A stretch of DNA of 64,000 nucleotides from Nannocystales bacterium (GTDB lineage Bacteria > Myxococcota_A > Polyangia > Nannocystales > Nannocystaceae). The notes below the pieces were generated by a model. It had not been told where the DNA came from, searched no databases, and worked only from the letters and a program-made list of their open reading frames with translations. Where the stretch lies: NCBI GenBank assembly GCA_050633305.1, contig JBOEGF010000040.1, positions 28,540 through 92,539 on the forward strand, read 5' to 3'. Below, in pieces: positions 48,201-57,135 of this stretch (position 1 is its first letter; every line of letters starts with the position of its first letter). A program made the translations under genes and the position numbers.

Positions 48201-49204
48201 CCGCCCACCCGTGGCCCTATGACGCTGCACGCCAAGAGGTAAAGTTTCGTCCCGGACACGGCGGACGCGGACAACTCGGGCTCTACCTCCTCGGCGATGA
48301 CTTCGACGTGCACAAGCTTTCCAGCCCCAGCCCGCTATCCGGGGTCGACGCTGTGTTGTACTGGGATATCGCGGTCTACTTTCGCCGGCGACGCAACGCC
48401 GACGGCAAGAAAAGCGCGACGTCGATGAGGGGATACCTCCGCCGGGTCTTCACGGAGATGGCCCAAAGCGTTGGGGCTGTGATCACCTCAACGGCAGCGC
48501 ATGTCCCTCGCTGCCTCGTGCTCGAACTGGATGCCGGCGCTCCCGCTCAGGACCTCGCCAAGAAACACGTTCGGAAGGTGCTGCTGTACGTCCTGCCTCG
48601 CTTCACGACCTCGAATCCGGCGGCTGCAGACTTCCGCGTACACATGCGTCCGCGCTCGAGCAAACCTGGCGCCGACGTCACCGACCTTCACGACTCCGCG
48701 TTCCGTGGACGGAAGATCGCGGTCCACGAGGACGTCCCCGGGCCGGCTCTACTCCGCTACATGATGGGATTTGGACCGAGTGAGGCCCGCCCGGGTGCGA
48801 AGATCGAAATCTCGACGACGCCGCTGTCCACGGGAGGGTCCTTCTCCATCGGCTCGTCCAGCGTCGGATCCAGAAGCCTCAACGTGGTGCACGGGCCACG
48901 AACACCGGGGGCGGACGACTATGACGGAAGTGGAACGCCGGAACAGGTCGCAGCCGAGCTCGCCGAGGCGATCAACGACAGCAAGAATCACTTTGCGAGC
49001 CACATCCGCGCCACGGCTACGGGGAAAGAGGTCTCGCTCGAGTCCGTTCCACCCGGGGCCGATATCAAAGTGCACTCGCCTCCCCCCGGTACGTCTGTTA
49101 GGGGCGAGTGGAGTGGTGACTTCGACCCAAGCGAGCTTGGGTTCCTCTCCGACTGGCTGGGCGAGCAGCTGGGCGCAACCTACCGGGCCAAACTCTATGT
49201 GTAG
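45266..49204 (+). CDS. 1312-aa protein with duplicated N-terminal domain and zinc metalloprotease motif
   Basis: IAHELGHSMGLGDEY at about 47900, followed by SLMHG; internal ~290-aa duplication; ATGA overlap with the previous gene. Confidence 0.85.
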   Translation: MSRTLVEMHGLAPTKVHTAKLDLPRVELRLEITDPRTGAARVLPPGPMVSLVDGASAASDEAKVVENGRASLLGSSSSTDVGVEIDFKDHEWLDLDAAAYVPEADVQVNDVRPLLRLPKKWRSRSQASFSDDRSGAFSGGTLASLEDGKLGSDSKPWVLGLDHGWRRFLLELRYSNTASGGQSALPPGPVVKAAYDAGAPKFRLAGASTVLDGNGLVALWLFDSSVELDDLRVVMLCADDTYIEMEAGTLKTVSRAKHRAMLPKARARLHALPSFLRLHEQAAEQASHRGPLATLLPDVSQAPARVRVPIDMLVELRLVLHDPVAGAAVPIPPGVEVLLTDHKNRAVVSADTDADGRVTLFVPPASREVGIEIDFAEAPYLDLVAAAFVAKEEAEPNVKLRLIRLPDRWRSIDQPELSDDREGLVVSGRLQDLEEGDFGTPDSPWEIDLGHAWERTELVFQYYDVTALDVRPVVFGPLVEAFDDTRMRERDLVAASTILDEQGRAHLMFFRSVDPQKLQIRLRTEVNTVAVTTETDPELRVQRVGKAGLRAMPVADRQRQYPLPSLWLSRGQNCRSEEATSAGGTLFEDAIEGALDTDVLPPRLHFDLDDFVLVNASEVPIGFGRELDLTIFHHDMSIRAPRTGTHQAYFSDIAAGLNHFAGNRAYYTRGVGAAQTTRVIRRGMTFYDLKRERTHRGRLIGVRAAVAGDHPHERIFLKQEPGTGPNLSNCDMHYFEDVASDLAVPGRSISVLMVCFSVRIRRLVKDPHDTELNNLQDALGRAAERWSGGSLEDVLAGVTPKTPDVRLRTDDGAHDLKFAFHFPAFDDREGHAAMWLRNEPRAFSLSTFGIIVVAKADSIAGGTEAGIEHAHLFPSETIAHELGHSMGLGDEYFERLMASEPMPRVRQFSWDFLHFSFDDHSLMHGEFAPRLRHYWVFSRWLERSTRVPRVKQGGYAITCDTSVLPLSGKGRAHRFRLPAAHPWPYDAARQEVKFRPGHGGRGQLGLYLLGDDFDVHKLSSPSPLSGVDAVLYWDIAVYFRRRRNADGKKSATSMRGYLRRVFTEMAQSVGAVITSTAAHVPRCLVLELDAGAPAQDLAKKHVRKVLLYVLPRFTTSNPAAADFRVHMRPRSSKPGADVTDLHDSAFRGRKIAVHEDVPGPALLRYMMGFGPSEARPGAKIEISTTPLSTGGSFSIGSSSVGSRSLNVVHGPRTPGADDYDGSGTPEQVAAELAEAINDSKNHFASHIRATATGKEVSLESVPPGADIKVHSPPPGTSVRGEWSGDFDPSELGFLSDWLGEQLGATYRAKLYV

Positions 49205-50501
49205 AATCGCCAAAGAAGCAGTGCTGGCGAGCTGCCTCGCACTCGCGGTAAGCCTCGTGGGTGGATGTCGTGTTGACCTTGGCGAGAGTTCGACACCCCT
49301 CGCTCCGGCTGCAGGCGTCGGGCCAGGACCGGCGGTCCATCGGGTAGAGCTGAAACAAGGGGAGGACGACTTGTCCAGCTTGGGAGGAGGGCGCGGACAG
49401 TCCACGTCGCCCTTCGGCCAAACGATCTACGACGCTGCGCGCCGCCGGCTCTTCGTTGCTGGCATGTATTCCATCGATCGCGATGGGATTGTGACGTTAC
49501 AACCAGAACCAATGGCGGGTCCCGCTGGCGCGGCCCTGCGGTCTTTGGACGAGCTTCAAGAGGCTCTCGGCCACTGCTGGCGTCGCTCAGACGAAGGAGT
49601 CTGCGAGAACCACGTAGATGTCATCCTGGCAGTTTGGTACGGAGACGATGTCACGGTCGTCCTTCATAGCGAGCTGAGGCGTAACAAGCCAAACGCACAT
49701 TCGTTCACAGGGCCAGACTTGCTATACATCTCGCGTCTTGAACCGGATACGCTAAATCCTCTAGGGACGGCGCGCCTGGAGTTGCCGATGGAAGGGGAGC
49801 TGTGGGGTGGAAAGAGCCGAGATGCGCAACGCCTGCTCGAGGGCTTCGTCCGTGATGGGACCGTCGTCGTTGAGGCCGGTCTCGGCCGGCGTGGCCGCCG
49901 GGGCGCGCATAGGCTCTCCCACGCTGGGGGCCGAATTGGTCAAGTCCGCGTTGATCCCAACGGGGCCATGACGGTACTCGACCGGAACAAGTGGCGGGTC
50001 ACCGCGACCGAGCTTGGACTGCCCAACGCGGCGGCGGCTCGCAAGATCTTTAGTCAGCGACGGGGAGCGCTGGTGGCCTCGACAAGCCCCAACGGGGTCT
50101 ACGTGCTCGAAGAGGACCACGGCAAGGGGCTCCGGCACTTCGTCGCCTTGTACGATCGTGAACTTCAGCTTCAATGGCGCCGCGGCGTTCCGAGCCCGGT
50201 CAGGGATTGGTTCGTGGATGATAGCGGCTGGATCTACCTCGCCATGATGAGTCCGCGCGTCCGGATCACCGCCAGGGAGTACGGAAGCAGAACGTTCGAG
50301 ATCATCGCCGTCACGCCCCAGGGCGAGACGGGCTGGAGGTGGGTTCACGCCCCGAAGCCGCCCGCCCGGTACTGGGAGAGCTTGACGGTGGGCACGATGG
50401 TGGCGGCGGGAGACGACCTTTGTTTTTCGATGGAGGGGGACCCCGCTGCGCAGCCGGAGCTGGTGTGCCTCTCTCCTCGGCACGGGGAAGCCGTGAAGTG
50501 A
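49197..50501 (+). CDS. Lipoprotein, candidate immunity protein
   Basis: Start overlaps the previous stop; LVGGC lipobox; beta-propeller-like C-terminal region. Confidence 0.75.
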   Translation: MCRIAKEAVLASCLALAVSLVGGCRVDLGESSTPLAPAAGVGPGPAVHRVELKQGEDDLSSLGGGRGQSTSPFGQTIYDAARRRLFVAGMYSIDRDGIVTLQPEPMAGPAGAALRSLDELQEALGHCWRRSDEGVCENHVDVILAVWYGDDVTVVLHSELRRNKPNAHSFTGPDLLYISRLEPDTLNPLGTARLELPMEGELWGGKSRDAQRLLEGFVRDGTVVVEAGLGRRGRRGAHRLSHAGGRIGQVRVDPNGAMTVLDRNKWRVTATELGLPNAAAARKIFSQRRGALVASTSPNGVYVLEEDHGKGLRHFVALYDRELQLQWRRGVPSPVRDWFVDDSGWIYLAMMSPRVRITAREYGSRTFEIIAVTPQGETGWRWVHAPKPPARYWESLTVGTMVAAGDDLCFSMEGDPAAQPELVCLSPRHGEAVK

Positions 50502-50577
50502 GCCCTGCGGTTCGCGCCGTCAAGAAGGTGCTGCGTACCAACCCGCCGGGATGGGGATATCGCCGACCGATTCCCAA

Positions 50578-50940
50578 GCGCGCCCCACACGGCCTCGCTA
50601 CCCCGCTGGATCGGGGATGCAGATGCCAGCGCTTTCGCTCTGGGCGTTGGTGCGGAACGTATTGAGCTGCTCCCAGCTGGGGGGCTCGAACTGGGGGATG
50701 GCGCCGTCCTCGCGGACGTTGGTGACGTGGTCGGTGTGCTGGTTCCAGACGCGGCGCGCCTGGATCCGGAGGTCCAGGGCGTCGCGGATGACCTGGACGG
50801 GGGGAGAGGTCTCTGCGCCGCCGGTGATTGGATGGTTGGAGACGACGACGATCTCGGCGGAGCCGTCGTTGTCGACGTACATTTCGGCGATCGTTCGTCG
50901 GCCGTTGGCGTTGGTGAGCACCAATGTCTCCGAGCGCGGG
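50578..50940 (-). pseudogene. 3' remnant of an FG-GAP/VCBS-repeat protein gene, copy 1
   Basis: VDNDGSAEIVVVSN...VQVIRDALD...ARRVWNQH..HVTNVREDGAIPQFEPPSWEQLNTFRTNAQ...ICIPDPAG*. Confidence 0.8.
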
Positions 50941-51049
50941 GGCGACGGAGACGTCGACGATGTCGGGGAAGGTGTAGTGCTGCATCCCCGTCTCGCCGTC
51001 GAGCTGCCGGGCCCCGCGCCGGGTAAGGGCAACGAACTCTGAACTCCCG

Positions 51050-51385
51050 CTACGCTTCGGGCTCGTTCCTTCGCCTCGAGACGGCAAGCCAGTAGAGCAC
51101 CGGCGGAAGCGACGGATCGAGGGTCAGGCCAACGCCCGCCCACCAGCGGACAGATGCGTACGGCACCGCTGCGATGGCCAGGGTCAGCAACAGACCACCG
51201 ACGATCGGAACCATCGAGCCCTGACCACGCATCACGACCGAGGCGTTGGCAGCAGCCACCCAGAGCCCGAAGACAGCGACGAAGCCGATGCACGACCAGC
51301 GAAGTGCCCCTGGTGGAGCTACGAAACCCCCGACCAACGCTGCGAGTAGCGCCAACCAGAACAGCCTCACAAGAAACGTGTCCAT
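51050..51385 (-). CDS. Small membrane protein
   Basis: About four hydrophobic segments in 111 aa. Confidence 0.6.
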   Translation of the reverse strand: MDTFLVRLFWLALLAALVGGFVAPPGALRWSCIGFVAVFGLWVAAANASVVMRGQGSMVPIVGGLLLTLAIAAVPYASVRWWAGVGLTLDPSLPPVLYWLAVSRRRNEPEA

Positions 51386-51834
51386 ACCGCGCAGGAGGCA
51401 ACCCGCCCATCTATCAGTGTTCTGGAAACCCACTTGGGTTTCGCGTGTGTGCAGCAGTCTTCATCGTACCTTCGGGTTCGCCTCGCGCGGTGTGTGGCTG
51501 GGGTACCGCGCGCTGCGGTGCACCCTTGAGTTTGTGTACCCTTCGTGCTCTTCGCAAGGGCGGCGCGTGCTGAACCGAGGTCGGCAACCCTTCACTGCCG
51601 TGCGTCAGGCTCTCTCCTGCGATTCTTCAACCGCCAAGGATTTCAACGCATTCGACCAGCTTGCGTTGAAAGCGTCTCCAGCGCGAAGCCCTGGACATCA
51701 ACTGTTGAGGAGCCGAGCTCTACAAAGGGCGGGATGGGGAACGCGAAGCGCCTTCTCATCGTCCGGCGGGAGCCGCCGGTGGTCAGGCACCAAACCGGCG
51801 CACCCATCGTGTTGGGGGCGTACATTCGGATGGC

Positions 51835-52095
51835 ATGCGGTTCGCGGTCGAGTACGTCGGGCGAGACGGGGAGTATGTGTTTGCCCGGCAGCTGGAGCTT
51901 CGGGAGTTCGCGCTCGGCCCAGGGGCGACGTTGGGCGGCTACCCGGTCTGGCCCCACCTGACTCAGCCGCGGGCGCTCGACGAGACCGGTGCGCTGCGCA
52001 CGGACCTCTTCGCCTTTAGCTTTACTGGACCAGGCCGGGCGCGGGCGTGGGAGGTTGGAGACGTCGTTGTGTTGCTTCCGGGATCAGAGAATTGA
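51835..52095 (+). CDS. Small hypothetical protein
   Basis: 86-aa ORF with globular composition (YVFARQL...LTQPRALD..G..RTDLFAF). Confidence 0.6.
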   Translation: MRFAVEYVGRDGEYVFARQLELREFALGPGATLGGYPVWPHLTQPRALDETGALRTDLFAFSFTGPGRARAWEVGDVVVLLPGSEN

Positions 52096-52145
52096 TGACG
52101 TGCGAGCACCTGCACCAGGAACGCGTCGGTGGAACGGTGGCCGCA

Positions 52146-52379
52146 TCAGATACGGCGGAGGGTTTCTCGGATGCGGGCTTCAACCTCGTCACCCGGGATA
52201 AGGCGGGACTCACCACGTTCGACGGCCTCGATGCGACGCCCGATCTCGGCCTTCCGCTCTGGGCTGAGTTCTCTCGCTGCCTCCTGCAAGCTGTCGCTTA
52301 GTGCCTTGATGAGGGCCGCTCGCTCCTCTTCGGGCAAGGCCAGGGCCCGCTCAAGGATCTTCTTCGCCTCGGCCGTCAC
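52146..52379 (-). CDS. Putative addiction module component (TIGR02574-like antitoxin)
   Basis: ILERALALPEEERAALI...LS...KAEIGRRIEAVERG...IPGDEV. Confidence 0.85.
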   Translation of the reverse strand: MTAEAKKILERALALPEEERAALIKALSDSLQEAARELSPERKAEIGRRIEAVERGESRLIPGDEVEARIRETLRRI

Positions 52380-52430
52380 ATCAGTAGCTCGCGTCACGGA
52401 GCTGGACGGAGCCATAGCGACGCGATGATT

Positions 52431-53069
52431 TCACCCCGTCCCGGTGGAGGCGCCCGAGGTTGAGCCCATCGAAGTCTCGCCGCCGCCGCTACTGCTGCCC
52501 TGATTCCCTTCACAGATACAGCCACAAGCGGCAGGCTCGCACACCCCGGGTTCGACGAACGTGCATGGCTCGCCTCCGATGGGCGGGGACCCGCCGCACT
52601 GGAAGAACGCGCCAAGTTGTCCGTCGAGATCGACAAAGTATGGATAGGACTCGCACCCGACGGTCCAGCTGCATCCCTCGGCAGTCGAGTCTCCCGTTAG
52701 CGGCACACAACTTCCCACGGCGTCCCCCAGGACACACGCTCCGTCCTCGATGGCCACCGGGGTCACGGAAACCCATCCGCAGTACACGCCGGTGTTGGCT
52801 TCGTAGGGACACGATTCCTGGGTCTGGAACGCACCGCACGCAGCCGGTGGATCGACGGGCAGCCCGGTGGTCGTGTCCTCGGTCATGCTTGGGGTTGACC
52901 CCGTTGTTGTGGATGCGGTCGTCACCCCCTCGCTTGAATCCGACCCCGAAGTTGGCAGGGCTGAACCGCTCGATGACGACGCCTGTCCATCTCCGGGCTC
53001 CGGCGCGACGACGCTCTGGCACCCCATGACCACCAAGGTCGCGGCCCATCCTGCGCGCTGAACGAGCAC
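52431..53069 (-). CDS. Cys-rich lipoprotein
   Basis: LVVMGC lipobox, S/T linker, Cys-rich domain. Start inferred. Confidence 0.75.
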   Translation of the reverse strand: MLVQRAGWAATLVVMGCQSVVAPEPGDGQASSSSGSALPTSGSDSSEGVTTASTTTGSTPSMTEDTTTGLPVDPPAACGAFQTQESCPYEANTGVYCGWVSVTPVAIEDGACVLGDAVGSCVPLTGDSTAEGCSWTVGCESYPYFVDLDGQLGAFFQCGGSPPIGGEPCTFVEPGVCEPAACGCICEGNQGSSSGGGETSMGSTSGASTGTG

Positions 53070-53374
53070 CAGGAAATCGTACCTCGCCCCCTTCGCACCC
53101 GGCACTCCGCGGTTTCGCTCGCTCAGGGCTACGCCCGGCGTATTGGATCTGGCCTGTTCGCAAGCGACGACTCCAAAGTCTTGTTGAAGCTGTACGACCA
53201 CGACGAGTACGAAAACACGATCTTGTGGCGGACTCTGGGCTGCGACCGTCGCGCCCGACGGCCAGCCGATGGAGGTGTCTTTGATTCACCGGACGTCGGA
53301 TCGAGAGTGTTCCGTGACGGCCTCGCTCCGGGCAACGTGAGTTCATGACTCGGCTGCGGCCCGGAACGCACGGT

Positions 53375-53641
53375 TCAGGGCGTCGAACAGCGCGCAATCC
53401 ATGTCCAGCTCGATACGAGCGTTCGCGAAGGTCCACAGGGCGCGGATCTGCGATGGGAAAACTCGGTGAGGCACCATGCTCGCTCGCCGTCCGAGTACTT
53501 CCCCTCCGTCGCGAACGTCCGGAACGACGCCTCGTTTGCCAAAAGCTCTGGCGGAATCGCGGACAACAACACCTCGCTTCTCGCCAGCCACATCCGCCAA
53601 GCGTCGTGCCGGTTTCCGTCGCGCCGAAAACTCATCTCCAC
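53375..53641 (-). pseudogene. Hypothetical protein, probably frameshifted
   Basis: MSFRRDGNRHDAWRMWL... reads as protein for about 55 aa and then degrades. Confidence 0.35.
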
Positions 53642-54034
53642 ATCGTGAACGGGCCTCGTTCTGTCCGCAAATTGGAATTCTCCGACGCGTGATCGTCCTG
53701 CCCGCGTGGGGGACTCCCGAAACTCGGCGGGCAGGTGAGTTCCTCGGTCGCACCTCCATCCAGTTCAGCGCGACGACGCCTCCCAGTCGGACGCGAGAGC
53801 TCCTTACGTTCGAGGACCCCTTGGAGGCGCGCGCCATCGATCTCGTCAACGCGGAGACTCTTGACCTCGAGGACGACCGCCAACTCGAAATCGACGACTG
53901 GAACCTCGGGTTTGACTCTCGCGGGATCTTGCCCAGCCTCAGCGGGAGGTCGCGTTCCACGTCGACCGAAGGCATTTCCCGATCCTGGGCAGGTTCACGT
54001 TTGAGGGGGGCGGCGGGGTCGAGACATCCATCGA

Positions 54035-54223
54035 ATGCGCCCGACACGGCCTCGTTACCCCGCTGGATCGGGGATGCAGATCCCACGGCCTTCGATCTGT
54101 GCGTTGGTGCGAAATGTACTGAGTTGCTCCCGGCTGGAGGGCTCGAACCGGGGGATGGCCGCGGCCCCCGTACTCCTCCACCCGGCACCCTCGACGACCG
54201 GTCCGGCGTGTTGGACGACCCGG
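54035..54223 (-). pseudogene. 3' remnant of the same FG-GAP/VCBS gene type, copy 2
   Basis: AIPRFEPSSREQLSTFRTNAQIEGRGICIPDPAG*; nucleotides 54035-54164 align with 50578-50707. Confidence 0.85.
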
Positions 54224-54247
54224 TGGTCTGAGATAGGCTTCGGTGTG

Positions 54248-55234
54248 ATGAGAAGCGTTTTCGTGATCGGGATGATCGCGGTGCTGGGTTGCGGGCAGGA
54301 AGATGCGCTCGTCCTTTGGCGGGATTGTGACGCAGCGTTCGCGGCACTCGAACCGCCGGGTCCGCTGCCCTCGGATTCGATCGCTCCCCTCAAGGTGGGG
54401 AGAACGATGCCCGTACTCCGTATCACCACGCCCGCTCCGGATGCGGAGAGTCTGGCGAACCGCGCACTCGCGACCGCCTGCGTGCTGACGGGTGATGACG
54501 TCTGGGCGACGACAGCGCTGCCGGAGTGGGCCGAGCAGGTCGCGGCGGGCGAGGACGATCCAGAGGTGGGCGCCGTCTTCGATGACCCGAACCTGTGGCT
54601 CTCGACCGGGCAATCACCGACCGGCGAGACGAGTCTCAAGGTGGCGCAGCGGACGAAGTACGATCTCGAGGGCGATGAGATTGCGTACGAAACGACCCGA
54701 GCGGCCGCGCAAGACATCGTTGCGGAGTTGACCGAACGCGGGCTCACCGGGGAGGTCGAGACTTCGCCCGGCGGGTCATGGGGGGACAAGCATGCCTGGT
54801 GCACCGACGACTCATGCGAGGCGTTGCAAGACACCACGTTCTCGTTCAACGCTCAGGTCGCGGGCATCCCCGTACTCGGACAGTGGGTGCGCGTCGCCTT
54901 CGACCGCAACGGCGAACGTCGCAGTATTGAGGTGCTCACCCTCGATATCGAAGTCGTCGGGGAGGCGGTGGCGGCGATCGATGAGCCGACCGCCGACCTG
55001 CGATTCCTCGAGTTGGCTCAGTCGGCCCACCCCGAGCTCATCATCTCCTTCGACAGAGAAGGGCAGGTCGCCTACCTGACCCCATCGGAGCAGGGCTCCC
55101 CCGAGGTCGAACCCGTCTGGTACGCGCAATGGCACACGACCAGCTCCGAGGGCCGCGCCGGACTCCTTCAATCCACGTCGCTCTCGCTGACCGACCCGGA
55201 CGCCCAGCTCGTTCCCCACGCCCGGCCCGAGTGA
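54248..55234 (+). CDS. Lipoprotein of unknown function
   Basis: MRSVFVIGMIAVLGC lipobox; FSFNAQVAGIPVLG..VRVAFD resembles FTP/PepSY-like propeptide segments. Confidence 0.8.
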   Translation: MRSVFVIGMIAVLGCGQEDALVLWRDCDAAFAALEPPGPLPSDSIAPLKVGRTMPVLRITTPAPDAESLANRALATACVLTGDDVWATTALPEWAEQVAAGEDDPEVGAVFDDPNLWLSTGQSPTGETSLKVAQRTKYDLEGDEIAYETTRAAAQDIVAELTERGLTGEVETSPGGSWGDKHAWCTDDSCEALQDTTFSFNAQVAGIPVLGQWVRVAFDRNGERRSIEVLTLDIEVVGEAVAAIDEPTADLRFLELAQSAHPELIISFDREGQVAYLTPSEQGSPEVEPVWYAQWHTTSSEGRAGLLQSTSLSLTDPDAQLVPHARPE

Positions 55235-55653
55235 CGGCGGCGCTGGCCGAGCGCGGCCCGCTCCCCGATCGCCCTGGTCCCCCGCGGCCCGCGTGCTCCT
55301 CGTTCCGCTTAAACGCCCCCGATACGGCGCTCGATCTCGGCCGTCCACTCTGGGCTCGTCGATCGCGGTGACAGGGTTCGCCCTCAGGACCGACCTGGGC
55401 TCGTGCTCTTTTCTCTGCAGACGTGCAGAAGCGTACCGAGACACGCTGCGACGGGGAGCCGCTCGACCGGTGGCTCGTCCGCGCTGCCGCCGTCTCCGAC
55501 CCCGGTGACGTCTTCGAGCTCTGAAGGCTGGCTGGACCGTGCGCAAGCCGGAGGCCGTGGCGCTCCGCTGTCCACCGGGCCGCTGAACCTGTCCTTCGCG
55601 ATGAGGGGGCGTGACCCCGGGCGGCTCGCCCTGCTAGCGTCACCAGCGAGCCG

Positions 55654-57108
55654 ATGACCACTCGTCAGATAGAGGTCCACATGGACGAGCTGGAGTACAC
55701 CTCCGAGGGGTTGCGGACGCCGCCGGACAATCCAATCCCGCTCACCGTCGGCAGCCACAACGCGGTCCGGATCATCCGCCCTGATCGTGTGCGCTTTGTC
55801 GAGCCCGGCGTCAACGGATTCGCATTCAACTCGTCCTTCCCAACCCCGGGGATCCTTCAGCTGTTTCTCGTCCCGGAACTCCGAGCACAGCTGGAGGAGG
55901 CCCTCGTCGATGGGCACCAGTTCGCTCGAGTGTTCGGACATACCGACGCAACCGGCGACGAAGCTGCGAACAAGGATGTCTCCGACCGTCGGGCGCAGGC
56001 GGTGCTCGCCCTGCTCACAGCCGACGTCGCGACATTCGCAGGTCTTGCGCAGCAAGAGGGGTGGGGTCTTGACCAGGCGCAGGTGATGCTCCGCGCATTG
56101 CGGTGTGACCCAGGCCCGGCCGACGGAAAGATGGGGCCCCTGACGGCGCGCGCGCTCGAGGTCTTCGGGAACCAGTTCAACGCGGGGATGTTTCACCGCC
56201 ACCTCGAGTCCGACTCCCCGGGGGCGATCCCAGTCACCGCCGAGCTGGATCAAGCGACGCTCGATGCTCTCCTCGATGCATTCGTCTCGGCGGTCTCTCC
56301 ACACATCGAGACGTCCCGGCTCCACCCGACGCACCCCGCCGCAGGCTGCTCCGAGTTCAACCACTTCGGCACAGACGCGAGAGCGAACCGGCGCGTCTCC
56401 GTGGCGCTCTATCCCGAGCTCCCCGCCCACCATCACAAGGCTCCGTGCCAAAGCGGCGACCACACGGCGTGCCCGGTGCAGAAAGACCATCGGCCTAGCT
56501 GTCTCTGGTACAGGGAGCACTTCATCGAGCGAAACGAAGACTCGATTGTGCAGCGCCACTTCGACCTTCGCTGGCTGTTTGTGGACCAAACGCGTGCGCT
56601 GCTCAGCGCGCTCACAACCGCGGCCGATGGCAGCGAGGTGGAGTTTCGCGTCTACCGGTCTCCCGAAGTGTCAGAGCTGGAGGACCTGTCGCTCGACCGA
56701 CTTGGCGACCCATTGTCCGAGCCCATCGTTGGTACGGCACTGGGCGGCGTTGCGTTCTGCGAATGGTCATTCGGCGCGGAGGTGGCGGAGTTTCTTCGGC
56801 GGGAGAACTGGATCGTTCCAACCCCGTTCGAGGTCGCACTCGGCCAAGACCTGCTTTCCATGGCTCCGGTGGCACGTGTGCCTATCTTCACGGTCTCGGG
56901 GAGCGGTGCGCGTGCGGTGTCGCTCCCGCCCCTTCACGATGTTGCTCGCTGCGTCTGGCATGAAGACCACGTGCTCGAGGAGCCCCGCTATGTCTGGATG
57001 GCCGACATGTTGGGCCGGGTGCACCACGCCCTGTTCGGCGAGCGGACCGTCGAAACAAACTTGCGTGCATTGGCGACGTCAGTCCATGCCGCGATCTTGC
57101 CGTTGTAG
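55654..57108 (+). CDS. OmpA-like domain protein with inserted peptidoglycan-binding domain
   Basis: FAFNSSF, VFGHTDATGDEAANKDVSDRRAQAV, QVMLRAL..DPGPADGKMGPLTARAL, ANRRVSV; no signal peptide. Confidence 0.88.
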   Translation: MTTRQIEVHMDELEYTSEGLRTPPDNPIPLTVGSHNAVRIIRPDRVRFVEPGVNGFAFNSSFPTPGILQLFLVPELRAQLEEALVDGHQFARVFGHTDATGDEAANKDVSDRRAQAVLALLTADVATFAGLAQQEGWGLDQAQVMLRALRCDPGPADGKMGPLTARALEVFGNQFNAGMFHRHLESDSPGAIPVTAELDQATLDALLDAFVSAVSPHIETSRLHPTHPAAGCSEFNHFGTDARANRRVSVALYPELPAHHHKAPCQSGDHTACPVQKDHRPSCLWYREHFIERNEDSIVQRHFDLRWLFVDQTRALLSALTTAADGSEVEFRVYRSPEVSELEDLSLDRLGDPLSEPIVGTALGGVAFCEWSFGAEVAEFLRRENWIVPTPFEVALGQDLLSMAPVARVPIFTVSGSGARAVSLPPLHDVARCVWHEDHVLEEPRYVWMADMLGRVHHALFGERTVETNLRALATSVHAAILPL

Positions 57109-57135
57109 CCGCCGGTTTTTCTCGCAGAGAGTTCT

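Noticed and set aside
50578..54223. Diversity-generating retroelement TR/VR pair
   Set aside because: Differences between the copies are not confined to adenines, both copies are gene remnants, and there is no reverse transcriptase in the window.
51050..55234. Integron cassette array
   Set aside because: Genes are in mixed orientation, no convincing attC (RYYYAAC...GTTRRRY) sites and no integrase.
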